22,055 bases of DNA from a bacterium (GTDB lineage Bacteria > Methylomirabilota > Methylomirabilia > CAVQYV01). The translations under genes were made by a program, and so were the position numbers. The notes under the pieces were generated by a model, which did no database searches, had not been told where the DNA came from, and saw only the letters and a list, made by a program, of their open reading frames with translations. This document shows, piece by piece, positions 1-7,606 of this stretch (its first letter is position 1; each line of letters starts with the position of its first letter). The stretch covers positions 1 to 22,055 of the forward strand of contig JAZDMQ010000112.1 of NCBI GenBank assembly GCA_043800755.1. Direction: 5' to 3'.

Positions 1-246
1 CGGGACGAAGTGGCGATAGGCCCCGGCGCCCAGGAAGAGGCTATGATCCGAGGGATGCCCATTCATCCTGGCGATCTCCTGCAGCCGGGAGATCACCTCG
101 GGCTCGGACAAGGCCCGGGGCAGGTTCAAATCCCCCTTTAACTTCAGCGCTTCAGGGATGTCGGCAAAGAGCGCCTCCAGATTCGGCAGGCCAACCGCCC
201 TCAACATCGCTTGTACATCGGATTCGGTGTGAGGGATATAACGCAT
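1..246 (-). CDS. gcvPA: Glycine dehydrogenase (decarboxylating) subunit 1, 5' part; runs off the left edge
   Basis: Hand translation from ATG at 246-244: MRYIPHTESDVQAMLRAVGLPNLEALFADIPEALKLKGDLNLPRALSEPEVISRLQEIARMNGHPSDHSLFLGAGAYRHFVP. This is the typical GcvPA N-terminus (MRYIPHT...FLGAGAY.H..P). SD-like GGGAGG lies upstream. Confidence 0.93.
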   Translation of the reverse strand, partial: MRYIPHTESDVQAMLRAVGLPNLEALFADIPEALKLKGDLNLPRALSEPEVISRLQEIARMNGHPSDHSLFLGAGAYRHFVP

Positions 247-248
247 CC

Positions 249-958
249 TCAACCTCCCAATACCTCGGCCGCGATCTGAGCGTAGATGCGGGCCGCAGCG
301 TGAACCCTGGAGATCTCCACGTATTCATCGGGCTGGTGGGCTAGGCCTGCCTTTCCCGGCCCGCAGATGACCATGGGGATCTTTAGTTGGGGCACGAAGG
401 CCACCCACCGGTATAATACATGACCTCCCGGGGCTTCTGGGCCTGGCCGGTCACCGCCTGGGCCGCCTTGAGGGCGACCTTGACCAGCGGATCCCGGGGC
501 GGCGTCAACAGGGTGGGCAGGTCGCTGAGGATTCGTGCCTCCCCTCGGAGATCATCATCCTTCCTTGCCAGCTCCTTCAGGAGGCCCTCCACCTGGGCCA
601 AAATGGCCTTGTGGTCCTGGCCGGGGACAGTGCGAATATCCACGGCGATCCTGCACCCATCAGGGACTACATTGGTCTTTATCCCGCCGGAGATCGTCCC
701 GATGCTCAAGGTTGGCCTTCCGAGGAGGGGATGCCTCTGGTATTTGAATTTGAGCCGGCCCAGGGGATCGACCCTCTTCCCTTGGAGGAGAATGACCTCG
801 GCCTCCAGCCCCAGTCGGCTCATCCAGTTGCAGACTAGCTTGGCGGCCTCCACCTCCTCCCCCGGGGGATTGGCACTCTTCAGCTGCAGGAACTTCCGCA
901 AGAACTCCGCTGCCGCCCGCTCGTCGATCTCTTGCCAGATCCTCTTCACATCCCTCAT
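249..958 (-). pseudogene. M20 family (ArgE/DapE-like) metallo-amidohydrolase, internally deleted and frameshifted
   Basis: ORF 958-383 has the M20 N-terminus (S.NPPGEE) joined directly to the dimerisation domain (HPLLGRPTLSIGTISGGIKTNVVPD.C...DIR). The HxD, D and EE metal-ligand segments are missing. The C-terminus (VAFVPQLKIPMVICGPGKAGLAHQPDEYV...VLGG*, stop at 251-249) is in another frame after a shift near 400-408. Confidence 0.85.
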
Positions 959-1004
959 GTCTTACCTTCTTTGGATTGCACCTTCTCAGGGTCAGAATGG
1001 GGAA

Positions 1005-1033
1005 AAGGTAATTTCCGCTCTCCGAAATGTCAA
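1005..1033 (-). promoter_or_regulatory. Sigma70-type promoter for the M20 pseudogene-gcvPA unit
   Basis: On the - strand: TTGACA (1033-1028), 17 bp spacer, TACCTT (1010-1005). Confidence 0.6.
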
Positions 1034-1036
1034 GTA

Positions 1037-1062
1037 AAAAGAAGCAGGCGAAAAGAAGCAGG
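1037..1062. repeat. 12-bp direct repeat AAAAGAAGCAGG x2 in the divergent promoter region
   Basis: Exact copies at 1037-1048 and 1051-1062. Confidence 0.6.
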
Positions 1063-1113
1063 TGAGGCCTTGCGGCGAACGGAAAAGGCCTTCCTCCTAT
1101 TTTCGGGTTTGCC

Positions 1114-1142
1114 TTGACGGGCGAGCCCAAATTTGGTTTAAT
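1114..1142 (+). promoter_or_regulatory. Sigma70-type promoter for the rightward unit
   Basis: TTGACG (1114-1119), 17 bp spacer, TTTAAT (1137-1142), about 50 bp upstream of the ATG at 1194. Confidence 0.65.
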
Positions 1143-1193
1143 GAAGATGCAAAAGAAAAATGGCTTCTCACCTGATAAAGGGGGGGATCGATC

Positions 1194-1583
1194 ATGCGAC
1201 GGATTAGTGCTCGCTTTGCCGGGCTTCTCTTTCTGGCGGCAGTTGCCTTATGGGCAGCCTCCTCCTGGGCGGATGTGCCAACGGTGGCTATTCAGGGGGA
1301 GCAGGAGCTGAAGGCTGGCCAGCCATTTTCGGTTACGGTGAACATCCGACACCACGGCAACAATTTCATTCATCACCTCTCCAAGTTGGTGATCTATGTG
1401 AATGGAAAGGAAGAAAAGGTCTGGGAATATAACTGGAGGACCTATCCGAGGGAAGAGACCTGGTCGATTTCTTATCAGCTAACCCTCAACCAGGATGCTA
1501 CCATCTCGGCGATCGCCACTTGCAATATGCATGGACCCTCCAAGGAAGCGACCCTTCCCGTCGCTCTGGGCTCCTCTCGTTGA
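1194..1583 (+). CDS. Exported desulfoferrodoxin/neelaredoxin (superoxide reductase-like) domain protein
   Basis: Signal peptide (basic n-region, hydrophobic core, SWA|D cleavage). HHGNNFIHHL...LVIY and C-terminal CNMHG match the SOR HPNxxxHHI...ELY and CNxHG motifs. Confidence 0.7.
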   Translation: MRRISARFAGLLFLAAVALWAASSWADVPTVAIQGEQELKAGQPFSVTVNIRHHGNNFIHHLSKLVIYVNGKEEKVWEYNWRTYPREETWSISYQLTLNQDATISAIATCNMHGPSKEATLPVALGSSR

Positions 1584-1603
1584 GAGGAGAGGGATGGGGA
1601 CGA

Positions 1604-1696
1604 ATGCGATGGTCTGGCATTGATCTGGGAGGACAAAGTCAAGTGAGTGAGGGGCAGGTCGTGAGGGGTTTTAGGGAAGGCCTTTTCCATCGATAG
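1604..1696 (+). pseudogene. Possible remnant of a ROK/ASKHA-family kinase N-terminus
   Basis: 30-codon ORF MRWSGIDLGGQSQVSEGQVVRGFREGLFHR* with a purine-rich SD. GIDLGG continues as TK (ACA AAG) in the -1 frame. Confidence 0.35.
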
Positions 1697-1726
1697 AGCA
1701 TCAGGGCTAAGGGGAGGAGAAAGGGA

Positions 1727-2884
1727 ATGGAGAAGAACTATTCGATCTTTCTGCCCAACCATCTCCTGGTTGGGATGGGAGTGGTAGAAAAGGTGGGAGA
1801 GAAGGCGAAGGAGCTGGGCAAGAGCAAGGCCCTCATTGTTACCGACAAGGGTATCGTGGCGGCCGGCCTGTTGGAGAGAGTGCTCACGCCGCTGGAGAAG
1901 GCGGGATTGAAGGTCCACATTTTCGACCAGATAGAGCCCAACCCACGCGACCATACGGTGAGTAAGGCCTTCGAATTCGGAAAGAAAAAGGAGGTTGATC
2001 TGATCATCGGCCTGGGCGGAGGGAGTCCTATTGACGCTGCCAAGGCGGTGGGCGTCCTGATGACCAATTCCGGGTCGCTGCAAGACTTCCTGCGAGGGGC
2101 GGTGGTGAAGAATCCGCTACCCACCCTGATTGCCATCCCTACGACCGCCGGGACCGGGAGTGAGGTCACCCAGTTCTCGGTGGTTACCGACACCCAGAGG
2201 AGGTTCAAAGCGGGAATCGCCAATGTCCATCTGATCCCGAAGGTGGCGATGGTGGATCCTTCCTTGATGCAGAGCATGCCTGGCTCTTTGGCGGCAGCCA
2301 CCGGGATGGATGCCCTCACCCATGCCATCGAGGCGTTCGTCTCCCAGAATGCTCAGCCTTTTTCGGATGCCTTGGCCCTCCATGCCATTCGGTTTATCGG
2401 CAAGTACTTGCGGCCCTCAGTGGCGAACGGAGCAGATGAAGAGGCTCGATCCCAGATGGCCGTTGCCAGCACCCAGGCAGGAATTGCATTTTCCAATGCT
2501 GGGGTGGGGCTGGTTCACGCCATGTCTCATCCATTGGGAGGGCACTTCGATGTGCCTCATGGGATTACCAATGCCATTCTCCTGCCCTATGTAATGGACT
2601 TCAACCTCATTGCCCGCTTGGAGAAATACGCCCAGGTGGCGCAGGCGCTGGGAGAGAAGGTGGAGGGCTTGTCGCTGGTGGAGGCTGCCCAGAAGGCGAG
2701 CGAGGCGGTCGTGCGGCTTTCCGCGGATATTGGCATTCCCCGTCACCTGAGCGAGGTAGGCGTCAAGGCGGAGGGCCTTTCTGGAGTGGCAGAGGATGCC
2801 CTGCAGATGAAGAGGGCAATCGCCTGGAATCCCCGGGTGGTGAAGCAGGAAGAGATCGAGAGCATCTATCGGAAAGCCCTTTGA
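1727..2884 (+). CDS. Iron-containing alcohol dehydrogenase (class III)
   Basis: GGGS.ID.AK, PTTAGTGSE, DALTHAIE, GLVHAMSH and HG..NAILLP motifs; 385 aa. Confidence 0.95.
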   Translation: MEKNYSIFLPNHLLVGMGVVEKVGEKAKELGKSKALIVTDKGIVAAGLLERVLTPLEKAGLKVHIFDQIEPNPRDHTVSKAFEFGKKKEVDLIIGLGGGSPIDAAKAVGVLMTNSGSLQDFLRGAVVKNPLPTLIAIPTTAGTGSEVTQFSVVTDTQRRFKAGIANVHLIPKVAMVDPSLMQSMPGSLAAATGMDALTHAIEAFVSQNAQPFSDALALHAIRFIGKYLRPSVANGADEEARSQMAVASTQAGIAFSNAGVGLVHAMSHPLGGHFDVPHGITNAILLPYVMDFNLIARLEKYAQVAQALGEKVEGLSLVEAAQKASEAVVRLSADIGIPRHLSEVGVKAEGLSGVAEDALQMKRAIAWNPRVVKQEEIESIYRKAL

Positions 2885-2887
2885 TTG

Positions 2888-3529
2888 ATGAGGATTTTGA
2901 GCGCGAGATATGGAGGAAGCGCGGTCGATCTGAAAGGACTGCCCAACTCGAAGCTGCCTGAAGTGGGCTTTGCGGGGAGGTCCAATGTGGGGAAGTCCTC
3001 TCTCATCAATTGCCTGGTGGGGATGAAGCGCCTCGCCCATACCAGCGTTACCCCCGGCAGAACCCGCTGCCTCAACTATTACTTCATCAATTCCTCCTTC
3101 TATTTCGTCGACTTTCCGGGATATGGGTACGCCAAGGTCTCCAAGGAGATGAGGCTCTCCTTTCGTCAGATGGTGGAGCCCTATCTCTCATTGCGTTCCC
3201 AGTTGCGGGGGGTGCTATTGATCCTCGATGGCCGCCATCCGGCGATGCCCTCTGATTTGATGCTCAGAGATTGGCTGAACCAGAGAGGGCTTCCTTACCG
3301 GATTGTGCTGACCAAGATGGACAAGCTCCCGCGCAGTCAATGGCAGAAGGTGCAAGAGGGAGCAGGGAGCACCCTCGGCTGCGAAAAAGAGGGAATCCTG
3401 TTGTTCTCGGCGGTGAGCGGAGCCGGGAAAAAAGAAGTCTGGCAAGTCATCGAGGAGATGTTGAGGAATGTGCGAGGACAGGGAGAGGGGATGGAACCCA
3501 GGGCGGCTTATCGGTCGCGGATAGGATAG
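2888..3529 (+). CDS. engB: Ribosome biogenesis GTP-binding protein YihA/YsxC
   Basis: PEVGFAGRSNVGKSSLIN, TPGRT, DFPGYGYAKVS and TKMDK motifs. Confidence 0.95.
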   Translation: MRILSARYGGSAVDLKGLPNSKLPEVGFAGRSNVGKSSLINCLVGMKRLAHTSVTPGRTRCLNYYFINSSFYFVDFPGYGYAKVSKEMRLSFRQMVEPYLSLRSQLRGVLLILDGRHPAMPSDLMLRDWLNQRGLPYRIVLTKMDKLPRSQWQKVQEGAGSTLGCEKEGILLFSAVSGAGKKEVWQVIEEMLRNVRGQGEGMEPRAAYRSRIG

Positions 3530-3544
3530 GGGAAGGCCAAACTG

Positions 3545-5299
3545 ATGAAGTCAAAAACGATGCTCATTTTCTTCCTCCTGATGCTTGCACTCCAGTGGTC
3601 CGGATGCTCTTCCCTCCATCCTGGAGCCTCGGTGGCTGCCAAGCTCGGGGAGGTGGGAGGGGCGCAGGAGAGCTTAGTCCCGAGGGGAGAGGAGGCCTAT
3701 TACTATTTCTCCCTAGGCAACCTGGCAGAGATGAGGGGCAATGGGGAAGAGGCGACCGACTGGTATCGCAAGGCCCTCCGTTCCCACCAGCGATCTCTAT
3801 ACCTCAGGATGAGCTTGGGCATGCTTTATCTGCGGATGGGCCAGTGGGCCAATGGCTTGTCCCAGGCGGAAGAGATCCTCCAACAGGACCCTCGCTACTT
3901 GGAGGCGCATCTATTGATGGGCAATGCCTATCTTGGCCTGCAAGACTACAAAAAGGCCGAGGAGTCCTTTCAACGAGCTCTTTCTCTCGACCCCAGGCGA
4001 GAAGACCTCTATCTTCTACTGGGGGGGGTCTATGGGCAGTCAAAGGATTACGAAAAGGCGATCGATCTGTACCAGAAGTTGGAGAGGCTGAAGCCTGACT
4101 CTCCCCTTCCTTCTTACCATTTGGGGCGGATCTATCTGGAACGGAAGATGCTAGCTGAGGCCCGAAGACACCTGGCGGAGGCGCTGGCCAAGGATCCGGG
4201 TTTTGAAGATGCGGTCTTCGCTTTGGGTTACAGTTATGAGGTCGAGGGGAGATGGGAGGAGGCGAAGGAAGTCTATCTGAAGACCTTGCAGGAAGACCCG
4301 CAAGACTGGGAGGTGCGTCACCGTTTCGCACAGGTCCTCATTCGCCTAAAAGATCTCGACCAGGCCCTGGTGCATGGTCAGCTTGCCTTAGAGGCCAACC
4401 CTGATTTCCTGGAGGCGAAGAAGACGATCGGCATCATCTACATGGAGAAGAAGTCATTTCAGCAGGCAGTCACCTGCTTTCAGGAGATACTCGCTCAAGA
4501 CCCTGATGACCAGAGTTCCCTCTTGAACCTGGGGCTGAGCCTGGAGGAACTGGGCCGATATGAGGAGGCGTTGACCAGTTTCAGCAAGATCCCTCCCGAG
4601 GGTTCCTTTTACTCAGAAGCCCTGATTCACCGGGGTTATGTGGCCACCTTGTTGGGGAGATTTGACCAGGCCATCGCCCTTTATGGAGAGGCCTTGAAAG
4701 GCTCCCCCGATGCGGCAAACTTCCACTTCTTTCTGGGCCTGACCTACCTGCGGAAGAAGGACTATGTTCAATCCATCGGCTGCCTGGAGAAGGCGGTCTC
4801 CTTGGACCAGGGAAAGGAGATCTACCACTTTCAGCTGGGGGCGGCTTATGAGAGGATGGGTCAATTGGATAAGGCGGAAGGCGAATTCAAAGAGGCCATA
4901 CGCCTAAATCCCAGGCAGGCGGATGCCTACAATTATCTGGGCTACATGTATGCCGACCGGGGCCTCAAATTAGATGAGTCCGTCTTCTATATCAAGAAGG
5001 CCTTGGAGCTGGAGCCCTCCAACGGGGCCTTTGTCGACAGCTTGGGATGGGCTTATTTCAAGAAAGGGATGGTGGATGAGGCCATTCGCGAACTGGAGAG
5101 GTCTTTGGAGCTCTCGATGATGAATGATCCCACGATCCACGAACACTTGGGCGATGCCTATTTCCAAAAGGGTCTGATCTTAAAGGCTATTGCCGAATGG
5201 GAGAAGTCCATTCAGCTCAACGGTGAAAGCCGGGAGCAACTGGAGAGGAAAATCGAAGAGGGGAAAAGGGGACTGACCCGCAAGCGGAACGATCAATGA
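3545..5299 (+). CDS. Tetratricopeptide-repeat lipoprotein
   Basis: Lipoprotein signal ending WSG-C21, many TPR units and C-terminal NYLGY.YAD / DSLGWAYFK / EHLGDAY motifs. These are typical of the TPR gene found upstream of lolB-ispE. Confidence 0.9.
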   Translation: MKSKTMLIFFLLMLALQWSGCSSLHPGASVAAKLGEVGGAQESLVPRGEEAYYYFSLGNLAEMRGNGEEATDWYRKALRSHQRSLYLRMSLGMLYLRMGQWANGLSQAEEILQQDPRYLEAHLLMGNAYLGLQDYKKAEESFQRALSLDPRREDLYLLLGGVYGQSKDYEKAIDLYQKLERLKPDSPLPSYHLGRIYLERKMLAEARRHLAEALAKDPGFEDAVFALGYSYEVEGRWEEAKEVYLKTLQEDPQDWEVRHRFAQVLIRLKDLDQALVHGQLALEANPDFLEAKKTIGIIYMEKKSFQQAVTCFQEILAQDPDDQSSLLNLGLSLEELGRYEEALTSFSKIPPEGSFYSEALIHRGYVATLLGRFDQAIALYGEALKGSPDAANFHFFLGLTYLRKKDYVQSIGCLEKAVSLDQGKEIYHFQLGAAYERMGQLDKAEGEFKEAIRLNPRQADAYNYLGYMYADRGLKLDESVFYIKKALELEPSNGAFVDSLGWAYFKKGMVDEAIRELERSLELSMMNDPTIHEHLGDAYFQKGLILKAIAEWEKSIQLNGESREQLERKIEEGKRGLTRKRNDQ

Positions 5300-6234
5300 C
5301 CGAGGAGAATCGCCAGATTAGGAGTTCCCCCCTTTGTTGCATTCGCTGCCCAAGGATCTTTGACCTCTCACCCCTCTCTGAGCAACGCCGCTCAAGATTT
5401 CCGAAGGCCATTTGCAGAGGACTGACCCTCATTTTGGCGATTTGGATGGCCCTTGTTGGCTGCCAGCCGGCTGCGGTGATCCGTTCCACCCCCGAAGGAG
5501 AAGTTGCGCCAGGGGACGAGATCGTTGAGATACTCCGCTCGCGGGAAAGTTCCATGAAGGGACTGCGGGGGGTCGCTGACCTGCGGCTCTCCACGCCCGG
5601 TGGGCTGTATCGCGGCAAAGAGGTCCTTTCCCTGGAACTCCCTGACCGCCTCCGGGTCGAATCCCTCAATTTCCTTGGGCTGGAGGATCTGGTGCTCTGC
5701 TCGGACGGCCAAAGGATGGACCTCTTTCTCCCCTCCGAAAGGCAGATCATTCGGGCGAAGCCAACCCCGGAGGTATTTCGCCGCATATCCGGGGCGAGGG
5801 TGGAGCCATCGCAAGTGCTGCGTATTTTGATGGGACACCCGCCCCTCCCGGTGGACGGCGACGGGACATCATGCATTTTCCTGGCGGAGGGCAGGGAATT
5901 GCCTCTGGTGGTCGAGAGGGGAGGGGCGATAAATCAGCGATTGTGGCTGGACGAGAGGCTGAAGACCGTAAGGCGAGGCGAGCTCCTCGATGAAGAGGGG
6001 GTATGGCTCTCCTTCGAGTGTACGGATTACCGGGAGGTGGGGGGAGGATTTATTCCCTTCTCCTCGGATATCCAACTGCGGAGGGAGAGGGTGCGGCTGC
6101 AGTTCACCTATCGTGAGGTCCGGATCAATCCCTCCTTTGCCTCGGACGCCTTTCGCCTCAACCCTCCCTCGCTGGAGGGATTGACCATTTTAGATCTCGA
6201 TGCAAGCGAGGGGATGGGAGAGTTGGGGAGATGA
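5296..6234 (+). CDS. LolB-like / DUF4292-type lipoprotein (start uncertain)
   Basis: Hydrophobic stretch ending LVG-C (Cys codon 5461). PDRLRVE-type beta pattern resembles the LolA/LolB fold. It sits between the TPR gene and ispE, with ATGA overlaps at both ends. Confidence 0.6.
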   Translation: MTEENRQIRSSPLCCIRCPRIFDLSPLSEQRRSRFPKAICRGLTLILAIWMALVGCQPAAVIRSTPEGEVAPGDEIVEILRSRESSMKGLRGVADLRLSTPGGLYRGKEVLSLELPDRLRVESLNFLGLEDLVLCSDGQRMDLFLPSERQIIRAKPTPEVFRRISGARVEPSQVLRILMGHPPLPVDGDGTSCIFLAEGRELPLVVERGGAINQRLWLDERLKTVRRGELLDEEGVWLSFECTDYREVGGGFIPFSSDIQLRRERVRLQFTYREVRINPSFASDAFRLNPPSLEGLTILDLDASEGMGELGR

Positions 6235-7139
6235 GGCAGGTTCGAATCCTCTCCCCGGCCAAGATTAACCTCTTCCTTGAGGTGCTGGGGAAGAGGCCTG
6301 ACGGCTACCACGAGATCCGAACTCTGATGCAAGTGGTCGATCTCTGGGATGAGATCTTCCTGAAAGAAAGGGAATCGGGGATCGAGTTGCAGGTTACTGG
6401 CCTGGCGGCCACTGTCCCCAGAGGCGAAGACAACCTGGTTCATCGAGCGGCGAGATTGTTGTTGCGGGAGATGGGGACCCCGGTGGGCATTGCGATCAGC
6501 CTGCACAAGAGAATTCCCACCGCTGGGGGATTGGGCGGAGGATCCTCCAATGCGGCGGCCACACTGTGGGGGATGAAGAGGCTTTTTGAACTTCCCTTCT
6601 CGAAAGGGCAGTTGAGGGATTTGGCCCTCTCCTTAGGTTCGGATGTTCCCTTCTTTCTCAGCTCAGGATCCGCCCTGGCAGAGGGGAGGGGAGAGATCTT
6701 GCAGGAGGTGGAGCTGCCTTGCCGATGGGCAATCATCGTTTATCCCGGGTTCGGGGTTTCCAGCAAGTGGGCTTACCAGAGGAAAAAATTCGAATTGACA
6801 ATCGAGAGTAAAAAAGATAAATATATAAGATTCGACAAGGATTGCCCCTGGGAGGAACTTTACCCCTTTTTTGTGAATGAATTAGAGGAGGTGGTCGTCG
6901 AGAGATATCCCTTGATTCGCGACCTCAAAGAGGCCTTGCTCCATGCAGGGGCCCGAGTAGCTCTGATGTCAGGAAGCGGCTCCTCCGTATTTGGGATTTT
7001 TGACGATAGAGCACAGGCAGCAGAAGCAGCGAGGCACTGGAGGGGTCAAGATTGTCTGGTCCATGAGGGGAGGACACTGGATTTCAATCCGATCTTCAGG
7101 GAGGAGGAAAGCGCCCAACATATCAGACCGTTTTCTTGA
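6231..7139 (+). CDS. ispE: 4-diphosphocytidyl-2-C-methyl-D-erythritol kinase
   Basis: SPAKINLFL...RPDGYHEI, KRIP..GGLGGGSSNAA, LGSDVPFF and MSGSGSSVFG motifs. Confidence 0.96.
   Translation: MRQVRILSPAKINLFLEVLGKRPDGYHEIRTLMQVVDLWDEIFLKERESGIELQVTGLAATVPRGEDNLVHRAARLLLREMGTPVGIAISLHKRIPTAGGLGGGSSNAAATLWGMKRLFELPFSKGQLRDLALSLGSDVPFFLSSGSALAEGRGEILQEVELPCRWAIIVYPGFGVSSKWAYQRKKFELTIESKKDKYIRFDKDCPWEELYPFFVNELEEVVVERYPLIRDLKEALLHAGARVALMSGSGSSVFGIFDDRAQAAEAARHWRGQDCLVHEGRTLDFNPIFREEESAQHIRPFS
6795..6827 (+). promoter_or_regulatory. Candidate internal promoter inside ispE
   Basis: Perfect TTGACA (6795-6800) in a locally very AT-rich patch. The -10 region is imperfect (GATAAATATATA at 6816-6827). 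Confidence 0.4.
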
Positions 7140-7174
7140 TTCAGTCGCGGTTGAGGAATCAGGGGAGGGGTGCC

Positions 7175-7480
7175 ATGGATGTTACCGTGGTCTGTGTGTA
7201 TCCAGTCGATGACGAGAAATTGAAGGCCTTCGTCACGATCACCCTCGATGATTGTTTTATGGTCAGGAATCTAAAAGCAATCAAGGGAATGAGCGGTCTG
7301 TTTGTGGCCATGCCCAGCCGCAAGATGAGGGATGGAAGTTTTAAGGATATGGCCCATCCGCTCAATAATAAAACGCGGAAGATGATAGAGAACAGGGTGT
7401 TGGACGAATACTCCCGGTTCATGCAGGGGGGTATGAAAATGCAGAGCGGACGGCATCCCCGCGGCGGGTTCTTGGGTTAG
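7175..7480 (+). CDS. spoVG: SpoVG family nucleic-acid-binding regulator
   Basis: MDVT...KLKAFVTITLDDCF...GLFVAMPSRK..DG.FKD.AHP. ATG at 7175 follows GGGGAGGGG. Confidence 0.93.
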   Translation: MDVTVVCVYPVDDEKLKAFVTITLDDCFMVRNLKAIKGMSGLFVAMPSRKMRDGSFKDMAHPLNNKTRKMIENRVLDEYSRFMQGGMKMQSGRHPRGGFLG

Positions 7481-7527
7481 TTTAGGTTGGCGGGCGAATA
7501 CGATTGGAGATTCCTTGCATCTGGGGT

Positions 7528-7551
7528 ATCCCCGCAGCTTGCTGCGGGGAT
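7528..7551. repeat. GC-rich REP-like palindrome
   Basis: ATCCCCGCAGC-TT-GCTGCGGGGAT, a perfect 11-bp inverted repeat. Confidence 0.6.
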
Positions 7552-7606
7552 CTTCGAAGCGGGGGAGATAAACCCCCATATCCATGAGGCGAAGAGGGAA
7601 AAGGAT

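Noticed and set aside
395..415. Programmed ribosomal frameshift restoring the M20 C-terminus
   Set aside because: No slippery heptamer is present, and the gene also lacks its catalytic core.
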